From: Ophelia neglecta
Lineage: Eukaryota
Direction of reading: 5' to 3'
NCBI GenBank assembly: GCA_965285935.1
Contig: OZ260664.1
Location: 50,654,001-50,718,000 of the forward strand
Length of the DNA stretch: 64,000 nt
Shown here: positions 1-13,600 of the stretch, in pieces
Layout of the letters: every line of letters begins with the position of its first letter
Numbering within the stretch: the stretch's first letter is position 1
Translations under genes and position numbers: made by a program
Notes under the pieces: generated by a model
The model's database searches: none
Told to the model about the DNA's origin: nothing
Seen by the model: the letters and a program-made list of their open reading frames with translations, nothing else

Positions 1-3000
1 TGAGAGCACCAGTAAATAGTCAATACGAAGCCACTTCTCCGTCTGTAGTTGTAATGTATTTATAGAATATAGACTGGATTTAAGGATTTAAATCAGACGT
101 TTAAACACTCTCTGTTTACTGAACTTAAATGTGATTAAAGAAAGTTGAGGCCGTTTTATTACTGCTATAATCGATAATTACGAAAGCTGTTCATTTTGTT
201 ACGTATTCGAATACCGGTATGTAGTTTTGTATCAATACACTACAGTAGTTATATTGAGCAAAGAATTAGTACTCCTTTTGGCCCATCTTTCCGTAGTATT
301 ACAATGGGTCCGGAAGATGGGTTAAGTAATAGCCTATTCTCCAATAGGTCGCATGTCTATCTAAGATGGTATGCAGATATTGAGGCGCCAGGGCCCAGGT
401 TAGGCCGCCACACTCAGCTATACAGCAATAGAAATTGTTATAAAAGAGAGTAAATGGCATTAGGTTTTGCTAGTTCTGGGTTGGTATGCGGCCAGAACAA
501 TATAGATGTACCGGCACATAGCTATATGTGGATAAAATAATATACTCAAATGACTTAAACAGATTAATGCAACCAAGGTTTTGTGGTCCCACTGCTTTCT
601 GCGACTATATTTAAGAGTGGCATATATACCCTTTGTTGTGCACAGAAAACTGTAGGAGATTCTGCAGATTGAGTAAAGGATGGATGGCTAGTCCAATCTG
701 TATTTTAAAGTGTTCTTCCTTCTCCTCCAGAATTGAATTCGCTTCATGATTCTGGAATTTTCTGATATTCAGCCTTGTTGAAGACTGGAATGTGTATTAG
801 ATATTTTCTGACATTAGCAAATTTTAATGCATATGTTTGAATCTGAGTGATTTCTCCAATTTTCTGATATGGCAAATATCTTGTAGATTTTTTAGAATTT
901 TTTCAATTATTCTTATTTTTTTCTGATATTGGAAGACAATTCTAATATATACTAATAATAGTTATGCATTGTTCGGATTTTTACTGATCACCTGTCAAAA
1001 TTAAATATTGATAACATAATAGTTTAATAAATTTTGGTTTATTCTTGTGTTTTCTGATACGTATTTATAATGTGCATTTGGATATCAAGGGGATCGGTGT
1101 GTGTGTCTTTTGGAGGGTGTAAGGGGGGGGGGGGTATACGTAATGTATGGAATCGAATTGAACTGAAAAACAATGTTTTATAATTGACGCCAGATTATGG
1201 CCAATGTCGGCTCGTCTGGCCGCACATGAGGCAGTGCAATACAGTTGATTATTATTCAAAATAGTCTGTACAAAGTTTACATGCTGTGAAACGATTCCAC
1301 GTATTTAGTTTTCACAGTATTGCTGATTAGATTCTAACTAAAAGTATAAATATGAACCATTAAGGATTTACCAGGGAAAATTACACGGATTACAGGCCGC
1401 AGCGTAACAAGTGTCACCGTATCTGCACAAGAGAATTTTCTTGAAGTTGGTGCGATTAAGAAGGGTCTGTTTCAGATCCTATAGATATATGTGTAACTGG
1501 AAAAAGCTTATACCAAAGATATTGCTTAAAAATGTGACTTCTCATATATTTGTGTTCTATCACATTAAAACATCTAGTATGATACGCAGGAAGATTGTCT
1601 ATTGTTAGCTTAACAGATTGTTTATTAAAAGAAAGGCAATTGTTTTCGGTAAAGAAAAGTACATTTTTTAAACAATGTAGAGTTAACATATCATCGAGTA
1701 TGAGAACATGCATAAAGTTAGCTGAAGGCTCGTCATGTGACAAACAGCTTGAGTTTGTTTTTGAATCATAAACTACATATTAAAATTATGTTAGTGGCAT
1801 TGTACCAAGCTTTTTTTCCACATATTAAGTGGTGTTCGATGAGCAAAGAAAATATTCACTTAAGGGTTTTTATGGGCAGTATTTGCTGTAAGTTGTTCAA
1901 AGTTCCAATAATTTGTAGAATCTTTTTCGTTTATAATCACCTAACAGTTAAAGTAATTGTCAAAATGAGTGCCAAGAAATTTTTAGTTGTTTAACAGGTT
2001 GTCTGAAGTTTACATTTTGTATCATTTGGCCCAGAGGGAGTTTATTTTGTGCATTTCAAACATTATATACTTAATTAATTCACATTTAATGCCAATTTTT
2101 TGATTGTATGCAAACGTTGACATGATTATGTTCCTTTTTGGAATAGAGAATAATGTGTGCATTTAAGACATTTGACCCATAGTATCAAAAGTGTACTTTG
2201 TCCATAAATCGGAAATATGGTACTTTTTATACTCGATCTACAAACCTTCAGTGCAATGCTAAAGGACTGCGCGCCTGTCTATATCCACAATTCACTATTA
2301 CAAAACGCACACTCAATTTGCATGTATTGTTGTTGATGACTGTTTTTTGGATCGTTTTTATGGTTTATTGTGGATAAATCATTTATTTGTCTGGCGGATA
2401 TCCACTCAATTTTTCTCTCTTAAGATAATGTAGAAGCAAATGTCACGTTGATAAATATCTGCATATTCTATAATCATCTTTTCAAAATTGGATAAAAAAT
2501 TGGTACATGTATAGACTGACATGCAGATGTACGTCTGGTAATGTGAAACTGTATGGAACGCAATGGAAAATAAGGCGGCCAATTTTTGTATTGTACTTAT
2601 AGTTATTGGTACAAATATTATAAATGTAACTGAAGTATTTGAATAAATGTCACATTTTCTCGCATTCAGTGACTCCAATAATCTGTGTTCAAACTGCCAC
2701 TGCTTTATGAATGAATTAAACCAAATGAACATGAATGAAAACATGAACGCTGAATATGTAACTTAACATGCATCCCTGCTGAGATATTCGGTTTTAACCT
2801 TTTCCTTTAAAAGTCAGTGAGTCATATTCATGAATCTTTCAATAACCAATTCAATAACTATTGCACACCAAAGGAAAATATATATTTCGATATGTCAGGG
2901 AATTACCATTCTCTGTTTCTAAGATGACTTAATTAACTATTTGCAAATCTTTCGATACAATGAAGGTTTCAAGTAAACTGGTATATTTTGCACATTCTTA

Positions 3001-5558
3001 TACGAGGGTTTGATAATCAAGTATAATTTGATCTTCTTAGCTAAGTTACGTCATGTATGTTCATTTCCATTTACTCCCGTTCCTTTTGTTGTACAGATGT
3101 ATGTCTCATGTCAACATTCATGAACGTTCATATGATTTACATACCATAACGAGGTAATTATGAAGCATTATATTAAATGTATTATTTCACTCGTATAACC
3201 TCTTTACATATAAACTGTAGCAGTTTTGAATATTAATTGAACTTGTACCAATATTTGAGAGGCCTATTGCACACTTTTAGCTTTCAGTTTCGTTTTTTCC
3301 GTCATGTATTCACAATTTGTTACCTTCTGTACTTTTTATATACATATGATGGTTTTAGTTACAATCCCAACCTCCTTGGGGTTATAATTGTTTAACACAG
3401 GAATCTATTAATATTTACCTGGTAATTCTTGTTCTTTTATCAACAAACCATTGGGATTAGGGTTTTAAAATAACCACCTGTCTGAAAGAAATGTTTAATA
3501 AGGATATTCTTAGAATTAAATGCTCATTCGGACACCTTGCCTCTCTGAAGGTCTCAAGTCTCCCATCAATTCGAAATGTATGCTTTATGCTAAATGTCAT
3601 AATATGTTGTTTTATGAACAACCTGGTTCAGGTTTTGTTACAAATAAATTATTATTTGCTCAAAAGCAAAATTTAAAGTTATGTCTAACCTTTGGACTTT
3701 TAAGTAAGCTGAATTTAAAGTATTTTTGATGTTTGATATTTATATAGGACACATGAGTTGAATTTTATGATGTCATACGAACCAAAAATGTCATAGCCCA
3801 ATTAAACGGAACTTGAGTGTTAGTGTATGCGCCGTTTGTCCAACAAGAAAATTGACAGAATGCAAAAATAAAAATAAACCAAGAAGCGTAAGTATGTATA
3901 GCTCTCTTTGTGGTTGTACCTTTTCTGACGCAAATTGCGATGTTATGATGTGCCAAACTGAGCTATGTCCATCAAGCCATTTCTGCTTCGTTGCATTTCT
4001 TGTCGAAACATATTGTTTTGTCATTATGTTTACCAAATAGCCAAATGAAAATAGGTCTTGTCCATTGTGGCCATTGAAGGCCGCCATCTCGTTCTGCTTA
4101 ACGCTATTCTGATAAATTTTGTTTTGACCAAAGATGACGCATGCAGTCATGTGCATCTAACAACTTTGAATCACTATCTTAAGAAACAAGAACACAACTT
4201 TTATCCAATATGTGTAATTACAGAAATAGCAGGAAAATATCAAGTCCGAGGAATCGATTTAAACTTATTTAGCTGCATCACATGCCAAATCGAGATAAAA
4301 CCTATTATTCTCCCATCTCCATTTTAATGGTTACCCTTCTCCCAATAAGAGAAGTGTTAATCACCCTTACCCCCTTGCGAATTACGAGGGTAATTCCTCT
4401 TTTTTCTTAGCCTGCAGGTTGCTTAGCCAGCGGATTACTTCCTTGTTGTTATCCCTTCTCGTTATCTATCGTTAATGGCTCAGGGGACTGTTTGAACGGG
4501 CAGTAATGACATACCCTTTTTAGCCGGTCAGTAACCACTAGAAAATCCAGAGTAACTTATTGATTAAAGTATTTTTCGCGCCTATGCTGGCAACATTGTC
4601 TTATTCAAACAAGTTCCTTCCATTTTATCACATTTCAGGTTTTCTGTAACTTGGGTTTATAAACTCGGCAGGTTTAAACTAGCGTTTTCTACATTTACAG
4701 ATAAATATAACACCAATTTATCTGATTACACGCGGCTTCAATACTTGTGGAATCGTTTAAAGGATACCATTAGACTTTATAAAATACTTATAAAGTCGAT
4801 GATGCTCTTATAGAGTGCTCCTGAATGTGTTCTAGTTGTCTTTATTTGAACCCATTCGCATTAAAAGACTACAATGGCTTTGAGTGGCATTTGCACCTGG
4901 TTCTTACTCATGTAAAATAGTAAGCTTGGATATTCATGTGTTCACACGCAATACACCCGAAAGCTTTACGTTTCCAGATATGTTTAATTTGTAAATCTAG
5001 TTGTTTAGGTCCACGATCAATAGTAACAGATTCCCAACTTTGTCCACGAATCGTTCAACGTTTTAATTTTTTATCTATATTGATTTTCATGAATTAAATG
5101 AACACTCGGCAGAGAAATGTGTTGCATTACCCATACTGCAAAGTAAGAGCAATATTCATAATCAAACAGTTTAAGGGTTTGCTTAGTTAAATAGTCTACC
5201 TATGGCCATCTCTATATATGATCGGTAGTAAACCCAAAAATGTTCAGAACGGTTCTATGTTGGAAATGCTATATACAGGTCCTGAGGATGCAGAGACTGC
5301 CGGATTTTAATTTTCATATGTTGAGCACTTTTTATATTTGACCTAATCAGCATATTAATTAGCTAATCACTTAATCAAGAATTCTTCCTTTAGTAAGTAA
5401 ACCATATAGAGATTTTATGTTTGATGCATAGATCCAAGGTTTAGATCCATAAGGAATCATAAAATGTCAGATGCTAATTTGCATATATTTAACATTTTGC
5501 ACAATTCACCTAATTACCATAATATTATCACCTACCAAAAAAGTGTGAAAATTATATT

Positions 5559-5735
5559 CAGTTAAACCTGTGAATTAAGACCATTTAAGGGACTGGTACA
5601 TACTGGTCTGATTACCGAGGAGTAATGTTTACACAGGTAATTTTATATTGAAAGAGTGTACTATGACCTTTTTATTAGTTGCCCGAATTTGCAGGTGGTC
5701 TTAATATAGAGGTGGTTTTAAGGCAGGTTTCACTG
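5559..5735. mobile_element. Degenerate Tc1/mariner-pogo-type MITE
   Basis: Imperfect TIRs CAGTTAAACCTG...CAGGTTTCACTG, followed by TA on the right (the left flank reads TT). Subterminal GACCA/TGGTC motifs are present. Confidence 0.5.
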
Positions 5736-6526
5736 TATATACATTCAATCGTTATTTAAAACAAGTTTTGTGACATAGACTGCCCCACAAGGCATGTCAT
5801 TCAGGCCTAGGTGTTTCGAGACTTTCTGTTCGTTTCTTTAATTGTAGTTTTTTAAATAAAGCTAGTGCAATTTGATATTCTATTGTTTTCAGACATATTT
5901 CCCTTTTGACAATGCTAAATCCATTTTAGTCCGATGAAATTGGAAGAATATGTCCTTCTTTTAACTTTTGAAATTTAATGGAATTAGTAGGCTGGGTATC
6001 TAAATTAATCACTTATAGTCCTGGATGTCCCTATTTCTTTTACAAGAAAAACAAATTCAAAAAAATTGAGTTTTTTTAATTCATTCACACATGATACACA
6101 GTCTCTCGTTGGGTTTCCATATAAACATAAGTTGCTCGGTACTTTGGATGGATTAAAAACACCCTTCGATCTTTAATTTCACTTTTTCACGGTTTACAGG
6201 TGTAAGATAGCGCATCTAAAATGCGATTTCGCTTACAACCCTCATACAAAGGACTTGTTCTGATTTCTACTCTGGGCATTAATATTGGTGATGGACAATT
6301 AATAGTACCCCAGTTAGTTACAATACCGATTTTATTTTTGTGTCGTTCGGCAAGTGTAATTTATTTTTCATACAAAAATTGGCAGGCTGAACCTTCTGTA
6401 TATATAATATAGCATATAATAACTATATAAGGAATTGTTATGATCTATGATCCGAACTACTGAGAAATGTAATTCAACTTAATGTAATCTATCGGTTCTT
6501 TTGGAGGAGATTTTGTCCATTCAGCT

Positions 6527-9090
6527 TTAAGTTAAACTCTGCATCAGTATGCGGATGTGCGACCGGATCTGAATAAAAAGTAGAAATAAACTTATTATGT
6601 TTACTCAAACCGCCGGAAGTCGAGAATCCTCAACTTCCCCACCACTATTTCCTATCAAGCAGAGCTTTTACAACTCGCTTATTTACCCCCATTCCACTGT
6701 TAAATTTATAAATACACTCTATATCCAAAACAGTAAAATATCATTTGAGACCCTCGGGAACCCACTTTGCCTCGCTTGCCCAATAAGAAGAACACTTTAA
6801 AAACGAAAAAAAGAACTAGGTTTACATGGTATATGAAATTCTTGTCATACTACATTTCCTTGTATAAGTATGAGGGAAATTACCGTCCTTAAGAGCGTAG
6901 ATAGCATATGGAAATAAACCTTTTTGTGGAACACATGCTACAAGAAAAACATTATTACTATTAAATAATTTGTCTATAGTCAAGTTAAATCTTACCACGT
7001 TAAAAAACAAACACATGACGGGATCCTCATCTTCACTGCCTGGGCACTCTCGGCGGCCATTACAAATCTGATGATCATCAACGCACAGGTCACGTGCTGG
7101 GGATGTGGGACACAGGAATTTCACATGACCATCCTCGGCGGTTGGACAAACTGAAGAAAATGTATTACTATTATTTGATTACAATACTGTTTTGCGTCAT
7201 TGATTAAGGGAAAAATGTTTCGCTATTGCCTATGAGATACAGATCTCACTCTTTTTTTAGGCATAGGTAATTGTAGGTGTAAAAACCCAAATAAATTAAT
7301 ATATATGTCGTTCCCTTCTCCTTACTACAATTATATTGATTTCAACAAAAAAGTGAAATAATGCTCACACACATATACACAGTACTACCACCAATACCGG
7401 CCGCTTTAATGAGTAGTGCATGAGTGCATGATTGTAACGTTAAAGTATTACAGCGTCAATGTTATGCTTAAACATGCTATTCACTTTTTTTTCGCTTTTG
7501 CATTTGATATAGAATAATGCTGTATTTAAATTTGAAATCTAGGTGTCACCAATTGAGTTGGAAACAACCAATTAGAACTGAACTCAGAATTTCGTAACTG
7601 TCCATGGGGAAAAGAAGTTGTTAACCAAAGCTGAAGTATACTTGGCTCACGGAAGTCGTTTCACTATTCCTACTTTTTTTGAAATAATCACGAATGAAGT
7701 AGATGTTAAGTTTCTTCATATTACTCATTTAACCATTCAGCTATTTTACTTGAATCATGAAATATAAATGTCAAATTAGTTCACAGTTCGCATTTCACTT
7801 TTCCTTTTTAATATTTTAAAAATAAATGGTCTTTTAAATGAAACCAGCCGACGTCAAATGACCCTCAGACCAACCTTCATCTTAGTGTACATCATCTTAG
7901 CGTACGTCTCATCTCAACCAAGGTTCACATCACAGGGTCAAATTCGAAAGACCAAAATTATTACTAGGCTACATAGGAGGGCAAATAAGGGTCCATGAAT
8001 TGAGCCAAGCAGCACACGACTGGGAATATACTTGTCCAGCCGGACACCGCTGACAAGGACAGATAAAGCCTCGTTGAATATCTAAATTGCTGATACTATG
8101 ATTGCTGTGATTTGTTCAGTTCTATTTGGTCTACCAAATGTTTGTGGCTTCTTGAACCATTAAAAATTCGTTTTCCTCATATTTAACTGTTGGTTGTACA
8201 CTCCATAAATATATTTAACCCCCATTTTTAAATGAAAACTTTGGTCTGACGTGATAGAATGATCTGGTTTGACAAACTTTGTTTTCTTCAATACGCATTC
8301 CCTTTTAACTATCTTTATCGAGGTCCTAACTAATGGTCCCTAAAAGGAATATAGTGGGACGTTTATATTCGTTTAACCTTCACTGTATGCACTTTTATAC
8401 TCATAGGCCTACACATTTGGTATCAAACCACAATAACAACTAGGGCCGGCTGGGTTTTTAAGCTTTTTGATTGATTCGAAAGACGATATCTTCAGATCAC
8501 GCGCACTTGAATTTTTCCTAGACAGGGGGAAAACAACATAGTATATGACAACATGGTATGTTATATACCGGTAACAACAAACCTGTTACTCCACTGAATC
8601 AGAGACTCAATACAACATGTACATGCAGAATCATATACTCGACTGAATATTTTAGTGATTGAGGGTACAACTGCTTTAATTCATTTGAAACAACACGAAA
8701 AACATTAACAAACAGACCACCACTACCCCTACCGTAGCCCTCATCTCGGGGAGGAACAGTCTGGCCGCTTTTTTTCTCTTGCGATAAGAAGCCAGAAAGA
8801 CGCGTGCCTTCCGGTTTGTGCGTTTCTGCTTTCAGTTTTGAATTTTCTTTCAAATGCAACTTTCCTCCGATTTCAGGACCTGGCATGTTTAGGAAAACAC
8901 TAGCACTATGTTTCCAGTTTCCAAGTAAGGGTGTCTTCGGTGGTTTATTGTCTTTCCGCTGGTCTTCTTCCTCGAAAGTCGTTATATTAGGTCGGAATTG
9001 GAAGGGTGAGACGCTAATTGCCAGCGTGTCTTGTAAGAGCCACACGCTAGCCATCATAAAGAGGCAAACTTTGTACATTTCTGAATGCAT
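6527..9090 (-). CDS. jeb: Secreted LDL-A domain protein, Jelly belly (Jeb)/HEN-1-like candidate ALK ligand; 3 exons, 184 aa
   Basis: Exons are 9090-8733, 7150-6996 and 6568-6527 (358+155+42=555 nt). Phases match: TAC G|gtaggg...ttttcttcag|TT TGT, then AAC GTG|gtaaga...tttttattcag|ATC. The start is ACC-ATG, followed by a signal peptide (MHSEMYKVCLFMMASVWLLQDTLA). The C-terminus CPTAEDGHVKFLCPTSPARDLCVDDHQICNGRRECPGSEDEDPVMCLFFNVIRSHIRILMQSLT* fits the recalled Jeb pattern CPxxEDG..F.CPT....C(I/V)DDH..C.G...CP.GEDED...C(M/L)F....H(L/I)..L. An alternative same-phase donor would end exon 1 at 8727. Confidence 0.8.
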
Positions 9091-9151
9091 GGTAGATCTT
9101 ACCAAAATCGGTGTGAGTCTATAGTGTGCATCGTCCAGGAGAGTCGGAGAC

Positions 9152-9168
9152 TTTTATAGGTTGACGCA
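9152..9168 (-). promoter_or_regulatory. TATA box and adjacent CRE/ATF half-site of the jeb-like gene
   Basis: The minus strand reads TGCGTCAA-CC-TATAAAAG about 62 bp upstream of the ATG at 9090. Confidence 0.6.
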
Positions 9169-9914
9169 CATTCTTAGTCCCAAGCGGCGTAAATTTGATA
9201 TGTAAAATTGTGGGCGTAAATATGAATAAATCCAAAAATCAAGCTAAGCATTAAAACCGCTCAGATTACAACTGGTTACTTGATACTTAGAAACGTATAG
9301 CCCACCGAAAGCAAAGTGATGATGCCGGTATTAGTTCAGACATTTGACTAATATCATATATCAAATAATTGGAAAACAAGACAGAACAACCATCTTAACA
9401 TCATTATTTTCCTCACGCAACATGCGCGGGGTTTATGAATTGAGTCTGAAAATTATTGTAACATTAACAAGTTTGATTGACTGGTAGAACGACCAATAGA
9501 ATGTAATGTAACAGATGGACATGATTAAGCATAACACTTTTCTCCATAATCATGCCTTCCTACGCATGACATGAGCAGTATGTAAATTGAAACAAGATAA
9601 GTCATTGGTAATACGTGTAGGCCTATAATTTTTTTTTTGATTCAGGCAAAAATTTATTAAAATGTTCAGTTGACCGTATAGTTGTAGGCAAAATTCCAAT
9701 TTATACAGCGTGAGATTTCCTTTAAGCTCCCCATACTTCATCCAGTGTTGCCTGTTTGCTACTTAGTAAAAAGCTTTAAAAATTCAGCATATTATGAACT
9801 TGACCTCCAGTAACACTATTTGAAGTAACACACAGGTGTATATAGCATTGATATGGCTTCAAACTTTAGCCGATTCTCACATCAAGTTTAGTATGCACAC
9901 ATACATGCATTTTA

Positions 9915-10630
9915 AGGCCGGATCACACTGCCCAAAAGTCGCGTAAACGAATGAATCACGCACAAATTTCGAGTCTTACGCGATACATCCGCGATTTGCG
10001 CATTTCATCAGTTTTTCTGATGTGGAGCCTCCGTAGTTGTCCGTCAATGTTTGCCGGATCGGTGCTTTACGCGATTCCAGGTTTTGAACAGCTCAAAACT
10101 CGGCTTTGCGTAAGACTTTACGCAATATTGCGCTGTTTAACGTTATTGTTGCGTATAGTTTGCGTAGCTCTTACGCGGACAATGCGCGAAATATGCGTGG
10201 AATAACAGTGATCGTTCGCAAAAATGTTGCCGCAATCGCGTTCATCGACAACTTTCCACTGACGATTAGCAGACATATCACGCATGTTTCGCGCTTGTAA
10301 CACGTACGTATCACTGAAAATCACTGAACAAAAAAATTCATACGCAGTTCAGTAGTGATAGTGCGCAGATAATACGTGGTTTTCCGTGGAGCTTTCGTCG
10401 CGCATAACCACGTATTCGCCCTGTTTGGGGCCTTTGTGCCTATGCGCTGACGTGCATGGTTTGTTAGTCATTTGTGCGTGATCTTTCCGTAGTTCTGGCG
10501 CAATTCATCGGTGATATTTCATCGCGTACATCAGCGAAAATGGTCAAATTCTCCACGGACAAGCACGCACAACCAATTTTTTATGCGTGATTCATGCGTT
10601 TACACGACTTTTGGCAGTGTGATCCGGCCT
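9915..10630. mobile_element. PIF/Harbinger-like MITE, 716 bp
   Basis: About 50-bp TIRs (AGGCCGGATCACACTGCCCAAAAGTCGCGTAAACG... and ...CGTTTACACGACTTTTGGCAGTGTGATCCGGCCT), with 3-bp TTA TSDs at 9912-9914 and 10631-10633. The interior is CpG-rich and has no transposase ORF. Confidence 0.88.
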
Positions 10631-13600
10631 TTAGTCACAACATGCATATTCACTTTTATTATGGTGGTAGCAAGATTTGATGCCTTCTTAGTTGGCGGCC
10701 ATTGCAATGGATTTGAAACAAAATCCCCTAGAACATACTTACTATAAATGTCAAGCATCAAACGGATCACAGCTTCGGGTAAACAGGTAAAACCACTAGT
10801 ATTTAAGTCCGCCGGTCTAGAAATCTTATTACGCCAAAAATCCGGTATTAATTTTTAAAATTCTGGTTTATTATATCGTTTCCGCGTTGAAAAACTCTAG
10901 TTAGTTATTAATGGCCCTAGTGTTTGAGTTTGGGGACCTTTTAACCAGGGGATCTAATCATCTTATACAACGTTACCGGACGAATTCCAATGATATAAAT
11001 GTTTGCCTAAAGCTGGAATTTGTTTAAAGTTCAGGCTACGAAGCCTGATACAATAACCCACCCTTTCCTATTCCTCGAAAAGTTACAGACTGAAATACGG
11101 CTAAAAAGGGGAAGAAATAACGCACTAGTCTAATTTCTGCTGTTGTTTTGTCAAAGTCTAGTCTAGATATTAATTCGTCTCATATTGGCCTATCAGGTTA
11201 TTTCTCAACATGACGCTCTTTGGCTCGCTTGATCAAAGCTGTGTTCGTGCTCTTTCTGCGGTCGTAATATCGTCGGGTGCACACGTACCAGCTAGTACAT
11301 GCACGTACAGTGAGTATGCCCCAATGTTTGCACGACTCCTATGTTTAATAACCTATTGAGACACTATTGGGGAGAGATACGTGATGTTTGGTATCATTTG
11401 TTGAGAACTAATTTTCCGTCATATAAACAACTCTTTAGTGTTTTATGTGTTTTGCCATTATGGACAGTTGCTTTAACGTGCGTTGCTTTTATAATAAGCA
11501 ACCCATGTATATATTTTTGTATATCGTAAAGGAAAAACGGTGCCTCGGATAAGGGTGTTCAAAAAGGGTGCTCTAAAAATAACTTAACATCTTTGATACG
11601 AGTTGGTCTCAAAATTGTGTGGCATTTGATTATAAATCAATATAAACTTCTGCAGTAAGTTTAACATGATCCAGGGAAGAGGTAGCATAGCTTTCCTTTA
11701 GTCTCGAGATTGCCACAGGTCTCGAGGTATGCATTTCGTATGCTGGCCGGTGACATCTGAATTGTACTATCAAGGAATAAAACATTTAATATCGCTTCTT
11801 TCGACAGAAAGACGTTAACTTGAATTAAATTCCTTCCTTTAAACTAAACTACAAACATGTAGGCTATCCAAATAACAGCCACCTTCCTTTGATATTTGTC
11901 AGTAATCGATATTATATAAATGGAAGGCCAGCCGGCGACATTCAATCGTCTTAGGTGTGGCAGACACGAATTAATTTAACATTAAGAACAGGCCACTTTT
12001 GATATTAGACCTATTTTTAAATGGCTAGACTAGTATCGGCTTGCAAACACTGATTGGACTCTTAGAATATTATATGATTTCGCCACAGCATTATCAGTCG
12101 GATTATCGGAAGCATTTTCCGCAATTTATATAGTAGGGTCCATTGTATTGCTGAGCGTCTGAAGGGGGGGGGGGGTGAAATGCAAACTAAATGGGAAGAA
12201 AACGCCAACAGCACCCGCTGCCTTTGGGGTTTGGTCAACGGGCTGCAACATGAATCGTAATCCCAAGATTACGAAAAAGATTTAATTCTAATCTCCCCGG
12301 CTGAGCTGCGAATTAGCAGAGAACTTTCCTGTCACTGAGCGGCGCCTGTGATAAGAATGGTCGTTTGGTCAAATATGCATGGTTGGTAGGAAGGCACAAC
12401 ACGCGGCCTATCAGCTTTGGGGCGGCCGACTGGCAGGACGTACAATTTAAAAGGTAAAATCAAAGAAAAAGAACGTAGGCCTATAGGTATTTAGTAACTT
12501 GTGTGTATTTCTATCAAAATGCAGTTATAGAGAACACTACATTAAGATGAAGTATATTGACCATGCGCAATTCCAAGATTTATTGACAATCTATACTGAT
12601 AGATTCATCTAGACGTTTCGCAAACATATAAAATAGTTTTATTTTATTTTATTCTAGACCAATCACAATACAAACGCACCAAAATGTCATGCTGTAGCTT
12701 ATAGTTGAGTTTAAATTGATTAGAGACAAAAAAGTGAAATAATATCATTAAGGATATGGAATGAACTTCGATCGAAGTTACTATAGAGTGGGACAAGCAC
12801 AACAACAGGAATAACGCGGCAGAGGTGGGCAACATAATGTCAACCTCACAATAATCTTAGTTTTCTTCCGTTAATGAGGTAATCCTTTATCAATGAATAC
12901 ACGTACATAATGTAAGGAAGCCAATTCCATAAATGGGAGGGGGGGGGGGGGGTTACTGCGTGCCGTTCGTGACCAGTTAATTTGAGGAGTTTCGCTTACA
13001 ATCCATATATATATAGCAAGTTAGGTGCCTCTAGGCCTATATAAACTTCAAAGGACAATACCATATAGTCTCAAATTTCCGGCTTTAGTCACTGTGGTGT
13101 TGTTAGCATGTATGTCTATATGGTTACTTGCTTGTAAGGGGCCCCCGCAGGGACTAGAGTTGAATGTACCCTATATAGATGCACTCTGTATTATGGGGCT
13201 GAATTTTTACTCAAATGCAATGTCTATGCTTAACCATAGATATGTATAATCCATATGTAATCCGTGTCTTCTCTATATCTATGGCTAAACAAAGGACAGG
13301 GACACACAATCAAAGGCTTAATTTATATTTGTTATCTTCTGATAATACCCACTACTAGGAGAAAGCCGGTAAGAATTTATTGATATATTAAGTTATTACT
13401 TCATCTCTTTTCGCCCCACACTTGCAATTAGTTCTGATACATGTAACGTTGAAGTTGAACTTGTGAGAGGGTACATACTGCTGTTGGTGTCCAAGTCTCA
13501 TAGTCAGGTTACACTTTGTATTGCACATCTTATGGTGTACCATAAACCTTGTCTACATGAAAATAAATACTATTTAAATTTGAATTTGAATTTTGTTAAG

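Noticed and set aside
196-4327. Short ORFs of 60-121 aa at the left end, and similar ones throughout introns
   Set aside because: They show no recognisable domains, many use non-ATG starts, and their composition is typical of random AT-rich non-coding DNA.
6996-7150. Prohormone-4/IDLSRF or LDL-receptor fragment
   Set aside because: There is no IDLSRF-like peptide, no long helical C-terminal domain, and no repeat array or transmembrane segment. Cysteine spacing and tail fit Jeb/HEN-1 better.
8599-9105. Stand-alone 168-aa single-exon protein
   Set aside because: The 3' part is intron read-through. Splicing at 8733 joins in phase to the LDL-A exon, and the true start is more likely the ATG at 9090.
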